A stretch of 50,520 nucleotides of DNA, the filler included, from Basidioascus undulatus (taxonomy: Eukaryota): assembly GCA_000826855.1 (NCBI GenBank). It is 3 parts of 3 records of this genome, joined end to end, with 100 filler letters (N's around TTAATTAATTAA, not from the genome) between each part and the next. Parts side by side here need not be neighbours in the genome. Positions count along the whole stretch, not along the records: positions 1 to 16,788 come from JTLS01000568.1; 2 more parts are not named here. One strand, written 5' to 3'. The notes beneath the pieces are model-generated. The model was not told the origin of the DNA. It did no database searches and saw only the letters and a list, made by a program, of their open reading frames with translations. Of this stretch, positions 1 to 11,826 are shown one piece after another. Position numbers and translations under genes: made by a program. The number at the start of each line of letters is the position of its first letter. The first letter of the stretch is position 1.

Positions 1-775
1 GTGGGAGGGGCGGCGGTGCTGGTGGTTGGTGGGGGTACGGCGAGGGCGGCGGGGGTGGGGAGACAGTTGATCGACGGAGGAGGATTTTGAGGGATTGCAG
101 GTTGGACGCCTTCGATTGCAAGCCAGTGCGCTGTGGGGGCGGACAAGTCAGCTCGGTAGGGGAGATGAAGGTCAATCGGCCATAGATGCGCACCGGTATA
201 CGAGACGCTCTTTCCTAGCGCCGGCAGGGGCTCCTTGAGCGCCTTGTCGAAGTCAATCTCGCGGTCCTCCAGCGCAAAGACGGGGCCCTGTGGTGTGGGG
301 ACGCGACGGTACGTGGGCACGGAAGTCGCGGGGCAAGGCGAGTAGAGCTGCTCGATGTTGAGTACGCGGAGGGCCGCGTCGATATCGGAGGGAAGGAGCT
401 TGCTTCGTTTTGAATGGCGCATGAATTTGATCGCTTCCTGTAGTAAAGGCGATATAGCCTGTGAGTATCTACGCTTACGGCGCATGTGGAGCGGGAAGAC
501 GAACCTCGATCACGACGTGCAGTCGGTACTCGACGTCGCCCGCCAGACCGGCAGCGACAGTATCAGACAACGACGGAATCCCAACGCTCTCAGCGACGTC
601 CTTCGTTTACAACGCCCGGCACCGTCGCCCGTGAGCCTTATATAGCCAACTTCGCTGAGGAACAGATCCGCACCTTGATGACCTCTGCCGGCCACAAGCC
701 CGTTTGCACCGGCGGCCTCGCAGGTTTGGACGATGAGGACGGCGTCCCATTCGATAGTTTTGGTGTCGCACTCAT
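1..775 (-). CDS. TAF6: TFIID/SAGA subunit TAF6 (5' part; continues beyond window start)
   Basis: Manual splice gives MSATPKLSNG..GLWPAEVIK|DVAESVGIPSLSDTVAAGLAGDVEYRLHVVIE|EAIKFMRHSKRSKLLPSDIDAALRVLNIE..EDREIDFDKAL..AHWLAIEGVQPAIPQNP. This is the histone fold plus the HWLAIEGVQP signature of TAF6. Confidence 0.95.
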
Positions 776-856
776 TCAATGTGTCGTTTATGGGGAGAGG
801 GTGGAGAGCGTGAAGGATAGCGAGCAGGGGATGACGGCGGGGAGAAGCCGACGAGG

Positions 857-884
857 ACGCGTCGCGCTTGATTGCCCCTCGCGT
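857..884. promoter_or_regulatory. MCB (ACGCGT) plus CGCG-TTGATTGC-TCGCGT motif upstream of TAF6
   Basis: ACGCGT at 857-862 is followed by cgcgcttgattgcccctcgcgt, about 80-110 nt upstream of the TAF6 ATG. Confidence 0.45.
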
Positions 885-1827
885 TTGTATTGTATGCTGC
901 TATGCTTCCTAATGAAAATCGCTTGCAGTTGCAATGTCTAGTGATTGGTGCACTTGGATCGCCGTTTCTTCATTGTTAATTGGACATTATTTAACTTTCA
1001 CTGTGCTTTCCTTGTCATCCATGCTACGGATCAGGTGCGGCGTCGGGCGCCGCGAGCTGCAGGTGAATCCACTTCGAGTCGCAGTGCATCCTCTCAGCGA
1101 ACCATGCAAGTCCTCGAGACGCAGCGGGACCCAAGCGTTCCAAAGATCCGGGTATGTGACAAAACCCATCGATCATTCCACTTATTCAGAGCATAAACGA
1201 GCTCAAACAAATTCGAACCAGGCTGCGCGGTGCCTGAAAATTTGAGCAAGAACCCGACCCACGCACAGTATCTTTGTTCATCGGCACATGCCAACTCAGA
1301 GTTGACACATACCACTCCGTTACTCAATAGTGAAGGACAGATATTACAAGCGGAATGATTGTCGTTGGCCCGGGGCGAACAAACAGCTTCTCTGATCAGA
1401 AAGCCGCCGCAGTGAAAATACAGCAGCTGGAGAGTTCCTCCTCGCCACGCGGAGTCTGAATATTATGCCCGACACAGAGAGAAACTGAACATTTATAAAG
1501 ATCTGTAAATCCTGCGAGCTTTCAGAGCGGTGGCTTTCAGGTCAGAAGAAGCCGCACTGAGCCGTGCGGGATGCGAGTTGCAAGCAGGCTCGCCGCTTGC
1601 CACTGCGGGAGGCGCTGTTTGGAAATGAACAGCCTCTCGATCTGTTCAGTCTGAACAGCACATGCATGAACAACATCACTGCTGCGATGTCCGGACGGCA
1701 TATAAGCTCGGAAAGTTGGTCTTGACCCTCATATTCCGCCCAACCTCAGTTCTCTCATCCGTCTTCAGTTACCCCTTGCTACCTCGACCCTACCCCGACT
1801 CGCCAAGTAACCTCCCCGCCACCTACG

Positions 1828-2562
1828 ATGCACTTCTTCGCCGTCGTCAGCTTCATCGCGGTCGCTGCAGTCGCAGGGGTCGCTGCTGCCTCGTCCTTCC
1901 GAAAGGCGACAAGACCGACAACTCCAGCTCTTGCCGCGCTTCGAATACCTCAAAGAAGTACTGCTGGTCAGTGACATTCCTGTTGAGCATGCTATGGGTT
2001 CAACACTTGAACTGGTTGGCCGTCGTTTTGGCTTCAGCAATACCCTCATTCGCGAGGACGACACCCGCAGCCTGGAGGGCTTGGAGTCCATGTTCAAGAT
2101 GGTCGGCGGCATGGTTGCCCGTGGCTGCACTGAGGTATGTGTGATGCGACTGCTTACGGTTTATGTCGAGGCTGACAAGCAGCTTGTTGTCGAACAGAAA
2201 TCATCGACTATCACCGGCTCCATCGGCCACTACCTGCCAGCCGACGAGTGCGGCGCATCGCAGACCTCGATTTGCTGCAACGACTTCGGCTCCTCGGTGA
2301 ACGGTACCGCCGGCGCCGGCGGTGCCGCCAACGGCGCGAACGGTGGAGACGAATCGGCCAACAATGTCAAAGCTGGCGAAAGTATCGGCAACGTCCTCCA
2401 AGCCGCTGTGGCGGGAACAGGCGGCGCCGGTGGCATCGTCGGCGCGCTCACCGTGGGTACCGGAGGGAGCATATTCAACATCCAGTGCCCTGTGAGTATC
2501 CTGGGACGATCACGGTTGCAGTGCCCCTGACATATCGGTTTCCTCAACAGTCTATCATGTGA
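1828..2562 (+). CDS. Hydrophobin-like secreted protein (8 Cys, atypical spacing); one apparent 1-nt frameshift near 1890
   Basis: Signal peptide MHFFAVVSFIAVAAVAGVAA. Exons 1828-1966, 2038-2134, 2198-2491 and 2551-2562 give C-X9-CC-X29-C-X19-C-X7-CC-X69-C. TATAA at 1701-1705. Confidence 0.8.
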
Positions 2563-3030
2563 AGAAACATGAGTTCCCACGTAGAGTCTTTCTATAGAGC
2601 CGTCTCAGGCTGCTATGTTTCCCATACTTCGAACCTACCCCTGCTCCTACACTCGCTCTTCGCTATCATTTCCCCCCTCGTAATTTTACAGCCCTAAACC
2701 TATACCCTCACATTAATTTGCCAGCAATTGTGTTTGCGTCTGTTGCGCGTGTAATCTCGAGTCGTGGACAGGAAAGAATAAGTCTGGCCTCTGAACAGCC
2801 TCGAGTCTACCCCACATGTCCCGTTTGGGAGCTGCTGGCCCTGTATAAGTGTGCTGTCCTGAAGCTCATTTTACATATTGAATAGACCGGCACATGTGTG
2901 CGTGTTATACCGTACATCGTCTCGCACCGGCTGTATGCAGCACTCACTGCAATGCTGTTCTAACTACTGGAAACACCATTATCGTTACATAACTACTCAT
3001 TGTTGGCAAAAGGATATGTCTGGGGTAAAG

Positions 3031-4176
3031 CTATCCGGATGACGGAGTCTTGGCTGCGATGTATTCACCGAGAACCTCGGGGTTGCGTGACTGGATGTAG
3101 ACAGTTCCAGGGCCGGTGAAGCTGTACATGACGGGAGTCAGTTGATTATCTGAGATTCGGAAAAGGCACATGCTCCGGGTAGAAATAGGACGCACCGACA
3201 GACGAGGCCCTCTCCAGAATGCATCGAGCTCAACATTCCGCCTCCGACACGCTCGACCTTGTATCCTGCCGACCAAGCGACGAGATGTCCGTTGTCGACC
3301 TGCGTTGTCATATCTGGGTCAAGGACAGTCCGTAAAGTCGGGTTTCTCAAAGAAACACCCACAATCCACTCTTCTCCCTGGCGCAACTCCCGCTTAATGA
3401 TGGCCCCGAGGGATTGGATGAACGCGATGCCCTGGCCCTGCAGATGGGCCACAAACAGGCCCTCTCCCGAAACTGCGCAGGGTGGGAAGTTTGCCTTAAT
3501 TGGGAAAGAATGTCAATGGAGCATGCCTCACAAAGCGCTTTTCCAAACCCTTGACTCTTCGTCGTGCGCTGAACCTCAGGAGTGCACGCCAAGAACGCGT
3601 CCTTCCCCATCATCCAAGGTGTGCACCCGTCCAGATGAAGCGGGATAATGTCGCCCCACACTTCCGGCGCCAAGAGAACCTGAGCAGGGAGGTCAGTGTG
3701 AGCGTCGTTACCATGGTTGACAGCCTGGAAAACGCGCGGTACATACCTCGCCCGGACCCGTGAACGTGCTCTCAGCCATTTCGCCGCCCGTGATGAGCTT
3801 CTTGAAGCTGAGCTTCAACTGGCGACAGGACAAGCATGAGAGAGGAGAGAACCACGCGTGAAAGGAGACACAGCGAAGTACTTTTCCCTTCAAAGTCACC
3901 GACGGGTCCATCGCGATCATCGCGCCCGGCTTGCCCTTGAAGGAGTATCCCGGCTGCAGGCGGACAGCCAGCACAGCTGCCAATTCGTCCCTCCGGTCAG
4001 TGCGAGTTCAGCCTGTAACGGTAGGATGCATAAGGATACATACAGTTCGAATCACGATGATCAATCTTGAAGTGCAGCCCTTCGAAGGATCCGACGGTGT
4101 CCGTGACCGTTGCGGCACCGCCCGCATGCGGGTGGTGCTGAGGTCCAACAGCGTGCGGTTGCTCGTAGTGGGACAT
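3031..4176 (-). CDS. AIM24: AIM24-family (TRAP-like) protein
   Basis: Spliced exons: MSHYEQPHAV..FKIDHRDSN..VRLQPGYSFKGKPGAMIAMDPSVTLKGK|LSFKKLITGGEMAESTFTGPGE..GKDAFLACT..KSQGFGKAL..VDNGHLVAWSA..SGEGLVCRFTGPGTVYIQSRNPE. Confidence 0.9.
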
Positions 4177-4794
4177 CTTATTGGCGTTAGTTCGAGATTG
4201 GAAGAGTAAAGGTGGATGATTGAGGGTGAGAAGCGAGGAGAAGCCGGTCTTATATCCTGAGCGAACACCGCACGGTCAGGGGCTGTGCCGAGGGTGTACT
4301 GCAGTCGGCGGTACACTTTCCTAGCTGTTCTAAGTCCCGCCGACGTGGATTGGCCATTCACTCAGCACCTCTATGTTGCACATGCAAGCACATGCGAGGC
4401 GGTGTCTGCATGCTTACTCTAGTTACATAGCTCACCGCTCGGGCTTCAGTTGCGCAGCCCGTGCGTGTGGGCCCTAGAAATTAAGGTGGGCCAAGTTAAC
4501 TTCGGTTTCTTTCATCCACACCGACCCACAGTAGTTAATACGACGTCGCGCTTCAGAAGGTATCGTCTTGGAACTGTCACCCCAAGATCGCAGTCTGAAT
4601 TCTTCAAGCTCGGCTGCTAAAGTACACACCAGCGGATAGCAGAGCAAGTGTGTAGGCAGGCTAACGAGGATACATTACTAATACAGAGCGTGGCACATGG
4701 AAGTCAAAACGAAAGGAAATAAGGGTTCAGTGCAGGAACGGAACAATGCGAACGAGACAAGGAGACCAGAAAAGAAAACGGAGAGCATCGTTGT

Positions 4795-7700
4795 TCAGCC
4801 GCTGCACATGACACAGGCCTCCTGTAGAACGCAACGGGATGGGTCAGCCGAAGTCCGGAGCGCCAGCCGCAAGGAGAACGAACCTTGTTTTCCAGGCTGC
4901 ACATCAGCTTCTCCTGCTCCAAGCGCTTCGCCTCCATCCGCTCCTTCGCGGCCAGGAACTCCGGGTTCTGGCTCGGGTCCGCACCCTCCTCGCCCTCCTT
5001 GGGCGCGGGCGGGTTGGACGCGGAAGACGCAGCGGACGCGGGAACGGGTGCAGGCGAGGGAGACGGCGAGCCGAGCGAGGCGCGCGCCAGACCATTCGTG
5101 ATACCGTTGACGCTGGCGTTGGTCGCCTTGCTCGGCGTGCGGGGTGCGGGGGACGACTGGGCAGAGCGGGAAGCCTTGGCCTCGGCTTGGAGCGCAGCGT
5201 CGACGGTGAACTGGATGGCGTTCGCGGCGGGGCGCTGTTGTACGGCGCAGGCATCAGTACCAAGTTGGCAACCTTCGGATACGAGGTGAGAATGGAGGAC
5301 GAACCGTGCGCAGGTAGTACATGCCCGTCTTGAGGCCCTTCTTCCACGCATAGAAGTGCATGGAAGTGAGCTGGCCGTGCGTCGGGGACTGGAGGTGGAT
5401 GTTGAGGCTCTGGCTCTGGTCGATGAACGCGCCACGGTCGGCCGCGAGGTCGATGACAACCTTCTGGCTGATCTCCCAGACGGTCTTGTAGAGCTCCTTG
5501 ATGTCCTCGGGCACGCCAGGGACTGTCGAGTCAAACATGTGAGTGACAACTCCAGGGATGCGAAGCGAAGCCGAAACGCACTGTTCTGGACGGATCCGCC
5601 GTGGGCGATGATGCGCGCCTTCATCTGGTCGTCCCAGAGGCCGCGGTCGCAGAGCTCGCGGAGCAGCCACGGGTTGACGATCTGGAACTCGCCCGACAGG
5701 ACACGACGAGTGCTGCAATGGAATCAAGGGTCAGCGGGTTATTCTCGCGCGAAAGCAAATTATGCGCAACACACTAGATGTTCGAAGTGTAGGGCTCAAA
5801 GCACTCGTTGAAGCCGAGGATCTGCGAAGTCGAGCTGCAATGAAAGTGGCGCAAGTCAGCCATCGCTCCGCAGACCAGAGAATGCACAAGGACCACGTAC
5901 GCAGTCGGCATCGGCGCGACGAGCAGCGAGTTGCGGAGACCGTGCTGGGCGATCTTGTCCTTGAGCGAGGCCCAGTCCCAAAGGTCGGACGGGGTTACGC
6001 CCCACATGTCGTACTGGAGAACGCCCTTGCTCGCGGGCGAGCCCTCGTAGGACGAGTACGTGCCCTCGACGATAGCGAGCTCGACAGACGCCTCGAGCGC
6101 GGCGTGGTAGATGGTCTCGAAGATCTGCTTGTTGAGCTGCTTGGCTTCGGGCGACGAGAAGGGGTAGCGCATGATCTGGAACGTGTCGGCCAGGCCCTGC
6201 ACGCCGAGGCCGATCGGGCGGTGACGCATGTTGGAGTTGCGCGCCTCAGGGACGGGGTAGTCTGAGCAAGGCAGTAGAGCGGTTCAGTCTCAGTCTTCAT
6301 CCGGCACGGGAGAGATCGGAAAACCCACAGTTGATGTCGATGATCTTGTTCAGGTTGCGAGTGACAACCTTGACAACCTTGTGGAGCTCGTCGAACTGGT
6401 ACTTGCCCGTCTCCTTATCGATGTACGTCGGCAGCGCGAGCGACGCCAGGTTGCAAACGGCGACCTCGTCCGGGGCTGAGTACTCGACGATCTCAGTGCA
6501 AAGGTTCGAGTTCTTGATCGTGCCGAGATTCTTCTGGTTCGACTTCTCTGTTAATGGGAAGAGGAGCAGAAGCCGTCAGTGAGACTCGGCGAGGACAGTT
6601 GCCGCACCAAGACGAACCGTTGCAAGCGTCCTTGTAGAGCATGAAGGGACCACCGGTCTCGACCTGAGCGTCGAGGATCGCGTACCAGAGCTTCTGCGCC
6701 TTGACGGTGCGGCGAGCGCGGCCCTCCTTCTCGTACTTCTCGAACAGGGCCTGAAGGCACACAGGCGACGTCAGCCCCGAAGTTGCGCGTGGAGAAGTGG
6801 AAAAGACGAACCTCAAACTCCTTGCCGTAGACCTCGTGCAGGCCAGGAGCCTCGGCAGGGCAGAAGAGCGGCCAGTCCTCGTTCTTCTCGACGCGCTTCA
6901 TAAAGAGGTCGGGCATCCAGAGCGCGTAGAAGAGGTCACGCGCACGGACCTCCTCCTTGCCGTGGTTCTTGCGCAGGTCGAGGAACTCGAAGACGTCCGC
7001 GTGCCACGGCTCGATGTAGACTGCGCAGACAAGGGAGGGCGGGTCAGGCGGAGAGCTTGGCTTAATCAAGAATTATCGAAGACGCACTGGCAAAGGCGCC
7101 CGGACGTTTGTTGCCGCCCTGGTCGACGTAGCGGGCGGTAGCATCGTACGCGCGAAGCATCGGAACAATACCGTTGGAGAAGCCGTTAGTACCGGCGATG
7201 TACGAGCCTGAACACCAGTGTAAGCATTGAGTGGGGCAAGGCTGGGGCATTTCACGACTCACCGGTAGCACGGATGCAGTGGATGTTCAGGCCGATACCA
7301 CCGGCCGTCTTGGAGATCATCGCGCACGTCTTGAGCGTGTCGTAGATGCCCTCGATGCTGTCCTCCTTCATCGTGACGAGGAAGCAAGACGACAGCTGCG
7401 GGTGAGGCGTGCCGGCGTTGAAGAGGGCTATGGGGAGCGCGATGATGAGAACGTTGCCGATTCGCGCGAAGTGAAGATCAGGAAAAATTTACTCGGCGAG
7501 GCGTGGGTGAAGTACTTCTGCGACATGTAGTTGTAGGTCTCGACGGCGCTGTCGACGTCGTTCCCGTGCTATTGAGGTTGGATCAGCGCGTGCTGACAAT
7601 CATCCAGGTACACGGCGGAACGTACGATGCCGACGGCGACACGCATGAGCATCTGCTGGGGGCGCTCGGCAACCTTCCCGTTCACGCGGAGGAGGTAGGA

Positions 7701-8421
7701 CCGCTCGAGCGTCTTGAAGCCGAAGCTGTAGGAGAGCAGTCCAGGCGAGTCAGCGAAACTAGCGGCGATCGATGACCTCAAAGACTACACGCACAAGTTG
7801 TAGTGGAAGTCACGCTCGTAGAGGATAGCCGAGTCGAGCTTGTCCTTGTTGGCCATGACGGCGTCATACGTCTCCTTGCTGATCATCGCGCTCGGGCGCC
7901 CGTTGCGCGGGTTGACATACGTGTACAGCTCCTCGATGACTTGCGAGAAGACCTTTTTGGTCTCTTTGTGCAGGTTGGAGATGGCGATGCGCGCGGCCAG
8001 CACGGCATAGTCGGGGTGCTTATGGCATGGCACGTGAGATATGCGGATGGGGAAGCAGAGCGCAGGAGACTTACACGAGTGGTCAAGTACGCGGCCGTCT
8101 CGGCGGCGAGGTTGTCGAGCTCGACGGTGGTGATGCCCTGGTGCACGCCTTGCACAACCTTCTTGGTGATCTCGATCGGGTCGACGTGATTCGCGTCGAG
8201 GCCGTAGCAGAGCTTGTGGATCCGAGAGGTGATCCTTGCATCCTCGACCCATCAACACCGTGCCTACACAACCCACGCGTCGATAGCGGGACTCACTTGT
8301 CAAACTGGACCTGCTCCTTGCGGCCGTCGCGCTTATAGACCTAAGACGCGTCGCAAATTGGCGGTGAGCGCGTCGTCCGCATCGGTGCACCATGTGGAGG
8401 ACGAGGGCTTACGAAGGACAT
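4795..8421 (-). CDS. RNR1: Ribonucleoside-diphosphate reductase large subunit
   Basis: [21 protein letters not shown]-cone, [58 protein letters not shown] and a C-terminal EACVMCSG*. Many short introns. Confidence 0.98.
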
Positions 8422-8716
8422 GATGAGGATGGATGGATGCTAAGGTAGGGTAGGGGTATTGGTGTGCGGAATGCGACGCGTCGAGTCGACGAGGGTACGG
8501 GGCTGCGCGGAGACGACGAGGACGTGATGAGGAAGTGATAGGGTCGATGGAGCGAAGCGTGCGAACCGTAGATGGAGTGGATGCTAGGGTATGGATGCGT
8601 GCAAGAGTAGTGTGGGCAGCGCAGTAGTAAGAGGACGCGGTGTGTGGTAGGGGGAGGGGGTGGTGGTGGTTGAGGGGAGAGGGAAAGCGAGAGGGAAGAG
8701 GCCTTTAAAAGGAGAA

Positions 8717-8818
8717 ACGCGTCCCCGACCGACATGTCAGCCAAAGCTGCTCGCGTTTGATTGCTTTCGCGTCACGCGTCGCGCCACCGCGTTCTAGATG
8801 ACTGATTCACGTACGCGT
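8717..8818. promoter_or_regulatory. Cluster of MCB elements (MBF-type G1/S control) upstream of RNR1
   Basis: Perfect ACGCGT at 8717, 8774 and 8813, plus TCGCGT at 8751 and 8767 and CCGCGT at 8787. RNR large-subunit genes are known MBF targets in yeasts. Confidence 0.75.
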
Positions 8819-8898
8819 CGAGCACAACATTCCCCAAGTTTCCACGATAACAAAGTCCCATACGCCCTGATCTTGCGTGCGAAGTCGCGAGCCGAGAG

Positions 8899-8930
8899 CT
8901 AGCGAAGTCGAGATCTAGCGAAGTCGAGAT
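8899..8930. repeat. Perfect 16-bp tandem duplication (CTAGCGAAGTCGAGAT x2)
   Basis: Directly visible. A partial third copy GCGAAGTCG lies at about 8879. Confidence 0.9.
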
Positions 8931-11826
8931 TTAAGGAAATCTTGTGAAGGCCGCGAAAAAAAAGGATGCGAGAACGGGCGGCCCCTTCGACGCGTGTCCA
9001 CCGGTCTCGCTGATCACGCAGGCGAGGACGCCTGTTGACCGCCTGTTTACGAGACCTCGTGCTATGAAAGGCCTCTGGCACTTCCATTCCCCGGTCGACA
9101 CTGATGCAAGGCTAAAGATGACGACGCGCGACCCCAAGCCTCCCCAGTGTCACCACATCTTTATTCGATGAAGTCCGTCCAGCTGCACAAATTCATTTTG
9201 GTCCTATTTTTCACAAAACCCGTCTTTCAGGAAGCACCAAAGCAAAGAATTCCAGATGGTTTTCAGAACACATCCGTACCCAGTGCATACGGGCGGTGAG
9301 GATCGAGAAGCACCCTGTCGATAACAGGCCTGACCTGCCAACTGAACCGGCCCGTCAGGAACAACGGCAACTGACCCTATGAGCCTCAAAAAACAGTGCA
9401 ACTATGTCGGTGGAGACCAGACGTCTGAGGACAGAGCATTAGGCGGCTGCAAGGAAACACTTGCGAACACCGAGTCAGTCAAAGGTTGAGGAAGATCATT
9501 ACGACACATTTCGCCGGCGTTGCCACAAACCCGGACAATGGTGCAGAAGCCTTGAAGTTGAGCCCTTTTCCGATAAGGAATCTCTTCTGGTTGTATCTTG
9601 GTATTACTCAAAATATCACGAAGCCCAGGCGGTGACTCTCTTGCCGCTGCCAATGCAGGATGGTCAGAAACGAGCCTCCCACCGCTCTCCCTCTTGTTAA
9701 AGTCTGCCTCGCCTGGTGTTCAGCTGAAGCTTATACTGTTTGCTTCTGCGTCGACAATCCTGCTTGACCGGTGGGACGTTCGTGTGCTTGTTTTAAGTCA
9801 TTTACCCTTGTGGATTGTGAGGGTGTTGGACGATATTCTTGTAGGCGCGAGCGGAGCGTTGTATCAGCGGCTTATGCTTTGAAGGAGTTCAGTTTGAATC
9901 AGTCAGAGCTTAAGATCGGGAGGGATCAGAAGAGGACCGGTGCTGGTGCCGTGCGGGAGGCGCTGAAGGGAGGAGGGGGGAGGAAGGGCGAGAATGCAGA
10001 GCATAGATCAAGGAGGGGTATTTGACGGACGTGTTTGATGGCCTGCCAGCCGAGAGACCAGCGCAACACCCCGACCCCGAAGCGCGAGTGCCCTCGCCCG
10101 TCTTCTTCCCTTTGAGCTGCCCATGACCCTCCGTTGCCTCTTCCTCGACTGCTTTCGGAGTTGGACCCCTCCGGGCCAACTCCATCAAAGGGTGCTCGCA
10201 AGGTGGCGTCGAGCCGCCCCGGGCAAGTTCAGCTCTCAGCCTCGCAGCGTTGCTTTCGCCTTGAGGTACGAGTCGAGGTATCGAGGGTCGATGTATATCA
10301 ACAAAAGCATAGGTATCGGTATCTGTTAGACGAGCAAGAACTGGAGGAACTTACCCCCAGCAGCTCCGAGGCGACTTCGCTGCTCTGCCCGTCAACCGCG
10401 CCACCCGCGGCGTCCGGTGCGCCGTTGAAGGTGGGAAGGACCGACTGGTCTGGATTGCTCATTCTGATTCTTCTGGGCGATATACCAAAGAGAGGTGCAG
10501 GGAGCAGGTGCAGGGATGAAAGCGATGGTGGGAGAAGCGCCCGGACGTCCGATACGGAGATCTGGCAGCGGTTACAATGAGATTCTTCCAGGATTCAGTC
10601 CACGGTCCTTCGTAGCCGCATGACAACGATACTCGGCGACGGAGCTTGACCACCCCTGAAACCTGAGACCATCAGCACTGCCGCAGCCCTTTCTACCTGA
10701 TCCACCTCTATCGGTGCCTGAGATTCGAGCTGGTATTTTCACTTCCTCTGTAGCCAGTGAACCCGTAGAAATTATAACACAGCCTCTGTCTTTACACGCA
10801 ATGCTCACATCCGCCTCCGTGCATCCATGCCGACCTGTGTGGGCCCAGTGCGACTCTGGTGGTCACCAGTGGCCTTGAACGAACGAAACGCCCATAAATA
10901 CTAACCATCCCCAAGGCCTGCCTGTGCCAGATGACAGGGTGTTTACTATGATTGAGACGTTGCTTAGCGGTAAGGCGAAGAAAAGACAAGGGAAAGTGCT
11001 CCCTTTCAACCTTCTCAATATTACTAATGTCGCTTTCTACAACCTCTTGACCTTGGTGACGATGAATAAGTTTCTGAAGGAACTCACCCGAGACGCAACT
11101 CCCGAGTCACGATCACTTGCAGGGTCACCACATCTTCGAAGAAGAAAGTTGCAGCAGCATAGCTGGGTGCGATCAGGTGGCCAAGAAATCTTCATCAGAA
11201 GGATTGTCAACTCAAGCGAGTCACATCAGTCACATCCCACTGCAAAATTCATTCATAAAGGAAAAGTGGTAGCAACGACGACTGAAGGTCAAGACAACCC
11301 TTGACCACCTGCGGGCTTGCAGCTTGCAGTGACACTGCAAACGATCAGCAGCCACTTCGAATCCTCGTTGGTTTTACGTACGTACATAGTAACTATCATA
11401 GTTAAAAACAAGTTTAACATAGGCTCAAAATATAGATGCGCTGATGCACTGGTGACCGCGAGCGTCAGTCGAAGTTCTGGGGCAGATCTCTCGTGCGGGA
11501 GAAGGGATTTCGCCTCCGCCGCCACGAACTCAAGAGAGGGTCGCCGAATCACTACTGGAAGTGAAAAGTGCACGCCTGCAAATCTCTTGGCTAGATCTTG
11601 GCTTTTGATATCATGCCTACGCGGCCGAGTTTAATAGCCGATATCGCTCAGAGTTCAGGCAGTGACGCTGTCGACGCTTCCATGGACCAACTGAAACGAG
11701 CCTTCTCCTTCTCTTCCCCTTCAATAGCATCGTTCCATCTACAGAATCTCCTATGTGAAGGTTCCATTCTTTTCGGTTTTGAATTGGTCGCTCGCTCACT
11801 CGATCTTTCTTCCACCGCAGCCCACC

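Noticed and set aside
4697..8338. Numerous plus-strand ORFs over RNR1, and similar ones over SNF8 and ERG1
   Set aside because: Antisense shadows of GC3-rich coding sequence.
9900..10700. Possible RRM remnant on the minus strand (YAFVD..RLRAELARGG)
   Set aside because: Motif spacing is short, there is no RNP2, and the motif may lie inside an intron-like segment. Too weak to call.
10700..11650. Possible transposon remnant upstream of the MFS gene
   Set aside because: No terminal repeats, target-site duplication, or transposase/RT motifs seen.
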